Program-made: the position numbers and the translations under genes
The notes under the pieces: model-generated
What the model saw: the letters and a program-made list of their open reading frames with translations, nothing else
What the model was told of the DNA's origin: nothing
Databases searched by the model: none
DNA from: Squalus acanthias
Lineage: Eukaryota
Length of the DNA: 64,000 bases
Direction of reading: 5' to 3'
NCBI GenBank assembly: GCA_030390025.1
Contig: CM059432.1
Coordinates: 122,142,001 to 122,206,000 of the forward strand
Part shown: piece by piece, positions 35,325 through 46,703 of the stretch
Layout: each line of letters starts with the position of its first letter
Numbering within the stretch: position 1 is the stretch's first letter

Positions 35325-36132
35325 AGAAGACAGAAAATGCTGGAAAAATTCAGCAGGTCAAGCAGCATCCATGGAGAGAGAAACAGAGTTTATGTCTCAG
35401 GTTGAGATGCTTGGCTGACCTGTATTAGCAGTCAACCTCCTTCCTCCTCTGGTTCACAACAACATGTTTCAAGTAAGCACGAGAAACTCGTAGTGGAGTA
35501 TATGGAACAGACTTGATTGATACACAGTAAAGGTGATCAGTCTTAACTGTATACAGAGAGTGGCTTTTTGGTTTGTGTAGCTTTCGAGCCCTCTGAGATA
35601 TTGTTGACAACCATGATCCTTTACACACCATATTTTGACAACATCAAAGGAGAATGTCAAGATAAGACTGTATGACGTATCTATTCCCACATCCTTTGAA
35701 AACGGACTACTCATGTAAACAGTTTGCAGTTTGTTTACTTCAAAACTACCTCCCTTAAGCAAGACTCCCTGACGTAACAGTCCCTAAACCCTTTTAAGAA
35801 AAAGCTTTACCAACTAATGGATTTGCTATTCCTGTTTTATTACCATAAAACTAAAGTTACATTTTATTACTAACACTTATTTCTTTACACAAACACTTTA
35901 CATATCAGAAGACAAGCCATGTTTTCTGCTCACGACACTTCAAAGTCATCCTATTTATATATTGGAAACCCTGGAGAGCCTATTGCTTCAAGACACAAAA
36001 AAGTTTGACTGGTAACTCTTAACTCCCCGAGACGTCCAACATACATCTCTCCAGGATGTCCAATAACCTGCTGAGTATTTCCCAGCATTTTCTGTTTTTA
36101 TTTCAGATTTCCAGCATCCACAGTATTTTACC
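35325..36132. mobile_element. Short inverted pair of PLE termini (35325-35402 on -; 35405-35422 plus 36066-36132 on +), split by an insertion
   Basis: Matches the 361-460 PLE end sequence. Confidence 0.7.
35423..36065 (-). mobile_element. Probable solo LTR (643 bp)
   Basis: 5-bp duplication ACCTG (35418-35422, 36066-36070); inverted termini TATTAG..CCAATA; TATAAATA and AATAAA on -. Confidence 0.6.
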
Positions 36133-38759
36133 TCTGAGAAGACCACTTGCTCACTGTCCTGGGGGCACATGGAGATGAAGCAGAGGCAGCAAAGGGGAAA
36201 AGCTGCTCACAGAGGGAGCAAAGGGCACAAGCTGCTCACAGAGGGAAGTGGAGGAAGCAGAAGAAGAAGCAGCATAAGAGGTATAAGCAGAAGAGGAGGA
36301 AGCAGAAGAGGAAGATGCAGAAGAGGAGGAAACAGAAGAGGAAGATGCAGAAGAGGAGGAAAAGGAAAGAAGGATGCAACCCAGACAGCCCCTTTCTGGC
36401 CAGGATATCCGGGATGGAATCATCCGCCTGTGATACCAGTGACCACAACCCCAATTCCCCTTTCAACATTAGTCCTACACCTTACCTTCCCTCTGTTACT
36501 GACCATCACAGCGTCCTCTTGGCCACAATGCTGAAATAAAAGCCACCATAAAGCAAACTTTCCAATCCAACTATATACATCTATCCATCCACTATGACAT
36601 CAAGAAATCAACTAATCACCTTTGTGCATGCCTTTGCCTATCCTAGTGATGTCACGCAGTGCTACCCCAGTGGCTGCAGCATGGCTGGTGGAAGGCTGCT
36701 GACTTTCAGTGGGGGGACACTGCAAATGGCCTTGCAGGTCGACCTTGAGGAGCTGGTGGCTGGGAGTGTGAAGAATTCTTCTTCTTCTTCTTCTTCTTCT
36801 CTCTTCTCTCCCTCTCCTTGATCAACCACTGGCTGGGCAGGCTGCATTTCTTGGGTGTGTGAAATGAGGAAGGCACAAGGATGGAGTTGTGGTGAGGGGA
36901 GGGTGGGAAAGCAAGAGCTGCATGCTTACACCGTGCGCACCTTGTAAATCAGAAGATATTGTGGGATGAGGGGGAAGTGGGATGTGAGAAGGAGGATAGT
37001 GTATGAGGATACCAGCATCTTGTATTTTTCAGCCCCGCTGCTGGCCAAGGGCTCAGCTATGCCCCTGCCAAAAACAGCCAGCACCGTCTCCTCCAAGGGG
37101 GTGAGGAGAAGCTAGGAATGGGAGGTGTGCCTCGTGTTTGGTAGAGAATGTTGGTAGGTGAGTGATGGGGGGGTGGGGCAGGGGTGGTCATGCATTGAGC
37201 AATATGTGAGGCTAGTGGTGCAGTTGGTAGGAGACGGCTTTTGAAGATGCATTCACCGACCTTGACCACTGGTCTGAGGTCATGAAGCTTCTTTGGGCAC
37301 TGGAGCCAGGTTGTGGGGGTGACACTGCTGGCAGTGACGGCCTCGGTGATCTGGTCTCACATTGTTCTTTCTGGAGGGCCTCCTAAACCCCTGTGGGTAG
37401 AGGACCTCTCTTGCAGTGTTGACCCCCTTCACAAAGCTGAAGTCCTGCGTGCGAGAGCCTGGGTGCCCTTTCCCTGGCTTTTTCAGCCATTTTGTTAGTG
37501 CTGAAGCACTTTTACCATTTATTTACGTGCAGAAGGCAGTTCAGCTTTAAGAGCTGAAGACTGCCATTTTGGAATTATTTTCAATCCTTTTTTTCCAGAA
37601 GGTGCTTGAGCTCTAAGGGCTCTAGACTGCCTATTTTTTATGATGTTTTTCATCTTAGAAAGCACTTCCCCTTTTAAAGGCTTGACACTGCTTTCTAAAA
37701 TGACAGCCTAGCTTTAAGAAAAGACTGCCTCGCTCCAGGGACGCTACGGCCACACTACACTGGGCCTCCTGCTGAGCGCAGCACCTGAAACAGCGCGTTG
37801 CACGGTAGGTTCTGCGCTCTGATCATTTAAATCAGCAGGCAGCACCGAAATAACGGTGCTGCCTGCGCTCTTTTTGCGGGCAGGAGTTAACCTCACCCCA
37901 CGGTGGCACCGGCTGTTTTTACGCGCTATCGCATTACTAGGCCCTAGTCTGCAGCATCTTTCAGCCACCAAGGAGATGACACTTCTGCTCTTTCATGGAA
38001 TGCATTATGGAAATGCTACCTATTATTGCAGCCAACTTGTGCACACAGCTGTCCTATTAAATCTTCCAGAAAATGTTGGCTCATAAACGCCACATTTATT
38101 GCTTGTTATGAGCCAAAAGTCTGTTAAAAGTTTCATACAGTAGCCACAGAGCTATACGGTGCTACCATGGCTCAAAACGTAGATGTCATCCTTCCCAGAA
38201 TACACAGCATAATGGCGATGGAGTGGTATCGCCTCCTGGGGGTGAAATCAGGCACTGGTAACAGCTGAGTTCCTTCACTGTGAGCAGCATGTCATTTAGA
38301 AAACTTGACAAAGATTATTTTGTTTGTGAGGTAAATAGAGGTTAGAAATTAAAACCTTGTCCCCAGGCCTGTCAAAATTATGACAACTAAGAGAAGTCAG
38401 ACATTGTGGTGTAGGATAGGAGATGACAGGAAATGAAATTGCCTAACATTTCTCATGAAATGTGGAAGAGTATAATCACAAATTTCATTACGCCTCAGTT
38501 TCAAGTTGAGATATTCACAATGGCAGTGATTAAATTTCTACAGAATATGCCCTCATTTAATTCTTCTAAATAGGTCTGTCAGTCTACAGCAATAGGGACG
38601 AATTCCTCAAAACTGTGCAAGTTCTGCTGCATTGTTTGATAATATGGGGTTTATATCTTCAGTATCATTTTATATCCATAAGATATAACCTGTCTTGATG
38701 AAATGACCTAGATTTAGTCATTTTGTTTTTAGCACTTCATATTTTGAACAAAAGAATCT

Positions 38760-39256
38760 AACTGGGAGTTAAACTACTATTTAAACTACCGGACTTCGTT
38801 TACATCCCGCCAACCAACCACATGTCTGCCTCAAACAAGTGGAAAGAGGCAGCTAGTGGGAGGCCACCCGTCAGCTGGAAGGTAAGTGGCGGAGAGTGCG
38901 TTTCAGCAGGGTGTCGCGGGTGAGACGTTGGAGGGAGTGGGTGGGAGGAGGCCCGGGGCAGCAGAAGCCAAGACTTTGCTTGTGGGGCCCGGAGGAGCAC
39001 TCCTGCTTGCCAATTGTGGCCTCTTCAGAGCAGCTCAGACGGTGGTTAAAAGGCCATTGAGTTCCTCCTGACACAATAGGACCCCGATTTACATCCACGT
39101 ATGAGGCTCTCGTTTGATTTACGTGGGTGCCTCATATGCTACCAAAAGCAATGGAGCGGGAGTGGAGCAGGTAATTGAGACGATCCTATTTAACTGCCCC
39201 CCAACCCCCACCCCCCGCCCAGTTTCCGCCAGGCAAGGTTCGTTAAAATTCCCACC
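38760..39256. mobile_element. GC-rich MITE-like fragment
   Basis: cttgtggggcccggaggagcactcctgct shared with the 23724 region; ends GTTAAAATTCCCACC. Confidence 0.5.
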
Positions 39257-40064
39257 AAGGGATCAGCAGTCTTGTTAACTTCTTGTCTTCAACATCATTA
39301 AATATGAAGCCAAGTTCCTGAAAAAGAGATGTAAAGTACCCAAAATACTTGGTTCATAGGGTGCTTCTATTTCCTCTTCTGCTTAAGTAAAAGATTTGTG
39401 TGGGCCATTGGATTTGTTTGATGAGATGTAACCCTTTGATCACTCTGGGAGGTGATAAAGGGTTTTGCTTGCCTTTGAATTACGGGAGATTTCGCATCAG
39501 CAAGGCTTTATAATTGAGCAGGAATCTGAAAGTACCTGCTATAAATGCACTTAATATTCAAGAGGAGTAGGATATATTGAATGTGCCTTTGTTTTATTAC
39601 CCACATCAGATCCTTTGCTTGCTGATATTAACATGCTTCTTTAGCTGCCTTTAAACTGTCCTGGAGCCATTTTGCTATTCTCTGCAGGGATTATTTATAT
39701 TAAAACGACTTTGTCATGCTTATATTCCCTCCATTACAGCCTCAAAAGATGACTTTAAAAATGTTTGATTTTATTACTTTGTATTGATGAATGCTTTCAC
39801 ATTTTTTTCCCTTAACTCTTCTCGTCCTCTAATTGCATATTTTTCTGCAGAACAGAAGTAGGACCTTTGATGGTCTTTTTTTATTACATCTCTTACATTC
39901 AAGCATTATTAAACTAAAAGCTAATGCAGAACTGCAATGTAGTTTTCCTTATAAAGAGCCTGATTGTGTATTGAGGTTTGAGCTCTTGTCCTAACTATAA
40001 TCATGCTCATAATGAAGCTATAATGAAACTGGACTGGAAAGAAGATTTTTTTTTATAATAAAGC

Positions 40065-40295
40065 AAAGACTTGCCTTTACATAGTGCTTTATCATGCTGA
40101 TCAGATATATCTCATAACACTTCACTTGCAAAGAATTAAGTAGGCAAATATAGGAGACATTTTGCACGCAATAAGATTCCAAAAACAGCAGTGAGATGAA
40201 TGACCAGTTAATCTCTATTTAATTCTGTTGGATGAGGGAGGACTGTTGGCTTTGGGCATTGTGAGAGTTTTCTGTTCTTATTTGAATGGCATACA
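40065..40295 (-). mobile_element. Degraded Deu SINE 3' half
   Basis: Diverged match to 14450-14700. Confidence 0.55.
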
Positions 40296-40762
40296 TACCA
40301 ACCATCAGCGTTTCGTACTGACAGTCAAGGTTTGGGGACAAGCCCATGTGTCAGCATTTGCTATCAAAAATCAGTATGGACCTCCCTTCCCTCGACACTG
40401 CTCCGATCTTAGTCTGGCTCATACTGATGGCAGGGATTCCTGGGACAGCAGGAGTTCCTACCTACAGTACACATTGGCCAGAATCACTGCCATTAGCAGC
40501 AGCACTCAGGAGTGGGGATGGGGGGGGCGGGGGGGGTGGCGGGGGGGGGAATGGGGCAAATGAAGTGGAGAGGAGAGGGGCAGGCACTGGAAGCAGTGCT
40601 TTGAGGGGACGAGGGAAGATGGTAGGAGAGGTGCTTTTGGTTAAGGAAGGAAGGAGATTGCTGGTATTAACTGACAGGAAGTAGGAGGTGTGCTGCATCC
40701 TGCACAACCTTGCAGAGTGCCAGCATTAAATGAGGGAGAAGTGAAAGTGTGTCAGCTTCAAC

Positions 40763-40763
40763 T

Positions 40764-40798
<35 letters not shown>
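40763..40798. repeat. (GT)n microsatellite
   Basis: Read directly from the sequence. Confidence 0.95.
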
Positions 40799-40802
<4 letters not shown>

Positions 40803-41089
40803 GAGGGGTGGGGGGATAGGGGGAAGTGGGAGAGTGCCAGTGTGAACTCAGGAGGTGGAAGAAGAGTACCAGCTTGAACTGGGTTCAAAGGGAAGAGTTT
40901 TTTGGTTCCAGGTTCTAGGTTGGATTAAGGAGAAAGAGAGATAGAGGTAGCAGCTTGAATAAAGGTTGAAGAAAAGTATCAGGTTGACTGTTGAAGTAAA
41001 TGGGGAAGCCCTTAACTTCATGGCACTGGCTCCTTTCAATTGGCTACACGGGACATCAGCCGCATCTCCCAGTCTGCAATACACAGCTA

Positions 41090-44000
41090 CATTAAGCAGG
41101 TCACCATTGACCTCAGTTAACAGGAGAGAGCGCGGGGATTTGCATTACTGGCTGACTTCCCGCCTATGCAGGGCGTCATGGGCTGTACACGTGTTGCCAT
41201 CCAGACCAACCAGCAGCATTTGTCAATAGAAAAGGCTAATGTACAGCTAGTGTCCAATCACACAAACAGGATCATGCAAGTTTGCACAGGTAAACAGGCA
41301 GCTGTCATGCCACATTTATCCTGTTACACTTTACCATCTCCCCAATATTCCATCCTTCAAGGAATGTGGCAGGATGGCAGCTGAGGGAGAAGGGATACCC
41401 CCTGCTGACGTGGCTCATGACACCCCTTAGTAACCCCACCACGCCTGAACCACACAGGTGTAATCAAATCAGGGGGCCACCAAGATCATTATTGAGCACA
41501 CTATTATGCTGCTCAGAGATACAGGTGTCTTGACAGGTCAGGGAGCTCCATACAATATGTCCCACAGGAGTCTGCTACATCACCATGGTGTGCTGTATTC
41601 TGCACAACCTTGTCGTACAGAGAGCCCTGCATTTGGAGGAGGCACAGCAGCAGCAGGAGCCCTCATCGGATGAGGTAGACCAGGGTGAAGGCGAGGAAGC
41701 AGCAGAAGAAGGAGGGTCACCTCAACACCTTGCAGCAAGAGATGTGAGGGGCCAGCTAATTGCTCAGTGATTCTCCCGTCCTCAAAAATTGCACAGTGTC
41801 CCTCTGCTTAATAGTCTTTGGGGGAGAAATTCAGTATCACCCCATTTGGGGCGCAATTATCGGCCAGGCGCAAAGATTAGCGCCTGGCGCTAATTATCGC
41901 CACCGACTGCAAACTTGACTTTTATTGACCCTGGAGGTGATTGGAGCGCTAAATCAGGCGCTTCACACCTGTCTTAAGGCGCAAAGGCCGAGGAGCGAGG
42001 CGCTACCTTAGAGCGCTGGCGAAGCTCATATGATGTCAGTCAGCAATGGAACACACACACAATGGCGCGGGCCAGTTCTTAAAGGGGAGGGTTGATCTTG
42101 CTTTCCATCCACATCCTGCTCATTGCAGCCTTGAATCTCGGCCTGGAGAGACCTGTACATCAAAACTGCTGGAAAGAACAATGGAGAGTACCAGGGAAAG
42201 AGCTCAGAGTGCAGCCCCCACAGTCTCTTCTAAATCGATACAAGGAAGGGCAAATCAAAATGAACCTGCAAAGTGCTGCTCAGTACCCAAAACTCTTTCA
42301 CACAGCGTTGAATCTCTCCAGAAGTCTCTCTCTCTCTCTCTCAGAATGCGTGGTTCAAAAATATCACCAACAATAAAAGGCAGGAAGCGGTCGCCTTTAA
42401 ATAGCGCTCCCCCAGTCCCTTCCTGACTGCAAAACGCTCCCCTCAACCTGTCGTTGCTAGTGGCAGGCGGTAAGGCAGGGGGCGCCACTCAATATCCGCT
42501 CCGGGGCGATACTGGGGCGTTGCGCACTCGACTGATGTCACGATCTGCCGGTGCAGGAGACCGTGGCGGTAGTGTTTAGCGCCACTGCAAAATGTCTAGT
42601 TAATTTTGCGAGCGGCGCACACATCGCTGCGCCCGGGCGCTAGATGCTTTGCGCCCCATTAGAGCCCTCTTAAGGCGCTAACGGGAGGCGCAACCAACTG
42701 AATTTTTCCCCCTTTGTTCCATCCATAATCACTCCTTCATCCTACTTTAAAGACTATTTAAAGCATTCAAGCAACTTCCCTATCAGTGACATATTGACAA
42801 TGCAAACTCAGTAGCTTCTATAAAACTACACTGCGGACCAAAGTGCCAAATATGATAGAAGTGATTAATTTAATGGCAAACATAATAATTGCCTTCCATT
42901 CATTTCTCACCCAACTGATCAAACCATAATGGTTTTCTTAAAAGCATGTTTAGTAACTCTACCTCTCCTCTGCAAGATGACACTACACGGACAGAAAGCA
43001 GACTTCTCCATACTTTCAGTCATAGTGGTGAAACTCCTTGGCAGGCTTTCCAATACATCGTACAACTGCTAGCGTGAGACCAGCAGTTTTCCTTTCATGA
43101 CTGGACCCTTGAATCCTCATCACTGTCCTGTTCAGAGAGTTGTGAGACGACCTTGCCCTCTGGCAAGCTCACTCCTGGACTGTCCCTGCCACTAGTACCT
43201 GCTGCTGTTCACTCCTACTGGGTGTTTCACCACATGCAGACCCCACTTTCTCACTATCTAACCCACACAGAGTACCAATGTCTGAGCTGGTGCCTGGGAG
43301 GGATGGAGCGCGTGATGGTGCATCCTCAGGAGGACTGTCCTCCTCTGAGGTGTCTTCCTCTGGATCCTCTTGTTGCCGAGAGGGACCTAGAGCAAATAGA
43401 AAAGGGCTAGAGTGAGGATGGCAGATGGAAGTTGGACAATAGCAGCTAACAATCTTGAGAACGCAGTTTGAAGTTGTGAAGCTTGCTATATATTTGCTGA
43501 GGTGAGTGAAGTAATATGCAGAAATCCTGCTGAAGTAATGACACCAGCCTCGCCTTCCTTGATGCTACTGGCTCTGCCTGGGCTATTGATTGCCAGGGCT
43601 TCTTACTCTGCTTGAGTAATGGCAATGATGCTGGGAATTTCTTTCCTGGTCTTATTCCTCTCCTTGACTTTATGCACTGTCTTGTCCTAGAGAAAGACAG
43701 GATGAGAGTTAGTGAGTGGTTGTTGCAAAGGTAAGTGGAGAAGTGCAGGGCTTGTGTTGAGAGGTAGACAAGAAGCAAGATGGAATGAGGGTGGGGAGGT
43801 GATGAATGTAAAGCAAATGTTTGTAGTGTGAAATGAGAAAGATTATTGGGAGGAGTTGGTGGTTGTGAAAGTGATAGGATGTGGGAAAAGAATGAGTGTG
43901 TGGTGTCAAGAGAGGAAAAGAAGAGATAAGTGTGTTTGGGATCATAAAGAGAGGTGCCCTTGTGATTGTATGCTGAAGGATATGATTGCGTGGAGGGAAA

Positions 44001-44330
44001 TGTTAAGGGTGGTGGAGGATGGGGGTGACAGGAATGTTGTCAGATGCTGTTGATAGAGGTGGAGAGCTGTACTCACCCTTGCTGCTCTTGTGAGGTAATT
44101 GAACCTCTTTCTACATTGAAAGCAGATCTGAGGAGGTGATATTGGTGGTCCTGACCCTTTCTGCCACCTCTGTCCAGGCCAACATCATAGTGGCCTTAAG
44201 GATGCTCCTAAAGAAGCTGGGGAACATTACCTCCCTCCTTGCCCTGATGCCCTCCAGCAGGACTTGAGGGAGGCATCAGAAAACCTGGAGCACCCTTTGA
44301 CTCATTACTGCCATATAATTGTCTACATAT
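41090..44330. mobile_element. Degraded Harbinger: transposase C-half on + (41090-41770), Myb gene on - (~43000-44310)
   Basis: GVMGCTRVAI, KGYPL..WLMTP, CCILHN; QCRKRFNYLTRAAR|gtgagt. Confidence 0.75.
41820..42712 (+). mobile_element. Harbinger-derived MITE (GGCGC-rich family), copy C
   Basis: TIR GGGGGAGAAATTCAGT / ACTGAATTTTTCCCCC; TTT duplication; close match to copy A. Confidence 0.92.
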
Positions 44331-44339
44331 TGTTCCCTG

Positions 44340-44700
44340 AAGAAACCTGAGTACATAATCTAGATTGACACTCCAGTGCAGTACTGAAGGTGCTACACTG
44401 TCAGAGGTGCAGTCTTTTGGATGAGACATTAAACCAAGGCCCTGATTGTCCTCTCAGGGGGATGTATAAGAAGAACAGGAAGTTCTATCCTGGCCAAAAT
44501 TTATCCTTCAACCAAACTGCATCAAAAACAAAATATCTGGCCATTTATCTCAGTGGTGTTTGTGGGATTTGGCTGTGTACAAATTGGCTACTGTCTTTGC
44601 TTACATTACAACAGCAACTACACCTCAAAAATAGTCCATTGGTTGTATTGTTTCAGGATGTCCATGGAAGATGCTATATAAATGCAAGTTCCTCCTTTCT
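44340..44700 (+). mobile_element. Deu SINE, 5'-truncated
   Basis: gatgagacattaaaccaaggccc core and tail. Confidence 0.8.
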
Positions 44701-45102
44701 GTGTTGACATGTACGATGCAGATCTGAGAATTGGGCTTGGAAGGTAATGCACCCAACTTACTCTCTTCATTTTCCAGTCATTATTATTAGCGTATGAAAG
44801 AGGTAAGGCCACTCAACTATACCAGAAGCGGTTTTGGCATCCAGGGGCAGCACCACCAGGTTCTTGAACTCCTTTCATATAGAAATAACTTGAAAAGATT
44901 CTCCATAAGGCCAACTATAGGTGAGTGATAAATTGGAGCGATCATTCCAGCAGAAGCTCTTGGGCTGTATCTACACTAGGGATGGACCTTTACTTTCCAC
45001 AGTTCAGGGGTTCCTTTCCATTGCTTTTGTATTAGTTTAGTCATTACTTTGGACATTGTTGTTGAAGTTATTTTTAAGCCTATCATCACAAAATTCCTCA
45101 AT

Positions 45103-45280
45103 AGGGTATCGTTACCTAAAGGTTATGGTACTGGACCAGTGACCCAGAGTTGAAATTCCACCATAGCCAGTTATGAAACCGAATTCGATGAAATCTAGTA
45201 ATTTGTGGGCTGCCACCATAAAAATGGTCATGAAAGCTGCCAGATTGTAGTAAAAGCCCAGCTGTTGACTAATGTCCATC
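45103..45280 (+). mobile_element. Degraded tRNA-derived SINE 5' part
   Basis: tRNA-like head (ggttatggtactggac..aaattccacca) and body resembling a common shark SINE. Confidence 0.45.
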
Positions 45281-45679
45281 GCAAGCTCCAACTACGGCAA
45301 ATTAATTTAGGAGTCCGGGTCTGAAATGACCGCAGAGGCCTCATTTCAATATTGAAGGGAGGTCTGTGATCATTTCAGGCAGCCGCCAGGGCTGCTTAAG
45401 ATAAGGCCCACCAATTTAGCAGTGGCCCGAACGGCCATGCAATTCAGGCACAGGCCTCTGTACTGCTAAATTGGTTATCGTTATGCCCATTTTAGGCCCA
45501 TAAAACAGTCGTAACCATGTCAAATTTAGATCCCTCTATCTCTCTCTGTTCCTGAGTTACCTATATTTAACTGTTGAGGAAAACAGAATAAGCTGGTCTG
45601 GCGATTAAGATGAAATCTTTAAAGTCGAGAGCTGATGTAATCCGGACAAAATAAGACACAACACACTTTCCAGAAGGGG

Positions 45680-45845
45680 TTATGGGATAGTTATCAGAAG
45701 GAGGAACCCTGACCAATTTTTGTTTTACCCATTGCCATCTGAAGACACTGAGGCCCACTTCAGTGCCTTTACCACAACCTGGCTGGGATCAGCTGAGTTG
45801 GCAGAGAAATGTTATGCACCTGAAAGCCTGCTGTACGGCAGATCT
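45680..45845 (-). mobile_element. LF-SINE-like relic
   Basis: Reverse complement cagctgatcccagcc..ggcctcagtg..ggtcagggttcctccttctgataactatcc. Confidence 0.5.
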
Positions 45846-45871
45846 AAATGACAATCTTGAAGAATCATTGA

Positions 45872-46137
45872 AAAAAAAAACTTGCATTTATATAGCACCT
45901 TCCATAACCTCAGGATGTCCAAATGCACTTTACAACTGATGGACTATTTACATCCACCTGAGAGAGCAGACTGGGCCATGGTTGACTGTCTCACCTGAAA
46001 GATGGCACCTCTGACAGTGCAGCACTCCACTGAAGAATCAGCCTAGGATTTTTGTGCTCAAGTTTCTGGAGTGTGGATTTGAACCCACAACCTTCTGACT
46101 CAGTAGTGAGAGTGCTACCAACTGTGCCACAGCTGAC
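45872..46137 (-). mobile_element. Deu SINE, internally deleted
   Basis: Head, partial Deu core and tail. Confidence 0.8.
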
Positions 46138-46418
46138 GCTGACACTGATGTAGAAAAATCACCTAATTAGTTAAGTGATCTCAGAAGTTTCCCAAAAGCA
46201 AAATGCACTCCATTATAGTTGCTGTAAGCTTCTCTGCTGTTTAATGATACCATTATGACTCACTTAATTGACAACCTGGAATACAGAACTTAGGGCTACA
46301 ATTAAATGTAACATTCTGTAACTGAATTAGATAAATAGTCAATTTTTCAGTAATTCAGCAGAAAATAATGATTTTATTGTTACTGAGTTAGCATGGTTAC
46401 AACTGAGAAAAAAATCCA

Positions 46419-46570
46419 GGGGTAAATTTTCATCTTCTGGGTGGTAATCTGGCAGAGGGGATCTCCGGCCAATATGGAACCCACCTGATTTTCAATGATA
46501 GGTTCTATAATGGGCGGGGGATCTGCTCCACCAGGTGACTACCCATAGGGTGAAGATGAAAATTTCTCCC
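46419..46570. mobile_element. ~150-bp foldback MITE
   Basis: Arms GGGGTAAATTTTCATCTTC / GAAGATGAAAATTTCTCCC, pairing imperfectly toward the centre. Confidence 0.65.
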
Positions 46571-46703
46571 ATGGAGTGTTCTCACGACAATACATTCCTT
46601 CTTTTCCCCTCCCACATTTTGTTTTAAGAAATTAAACATTACAAACAAATTCATTACAAGTCGAAACAAGGAAATTGGCAATCATTTACCAATTAACGGC
46701 CAA

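Larger units (their letters stand above)
34834..37944. mobile_element. Deleted Harbinger element carrying nested PLE ends and a solo LTR
   Basis: Left end homologous to 51410-51770; acidic transposase C-terminus at 36230-36430; Myb exon 1 on - at 37260-37490 (TWLQCPKKLHDL). Confidence 0.7.

Noticed and set aside
36147..36539. Lys/Arg-rich protamine-like ORF
   Set aside because: Alternative frame of a GAG/GAA/GCA expansion in the acidic Harbinger transposase tail.
38076..38116. 11-bp inverted repeat TTGGCTCATAA/TTATGAGCCAA as a pre-miRNA
   Set aside because: Stem too short and not extendable; plausible by chance.
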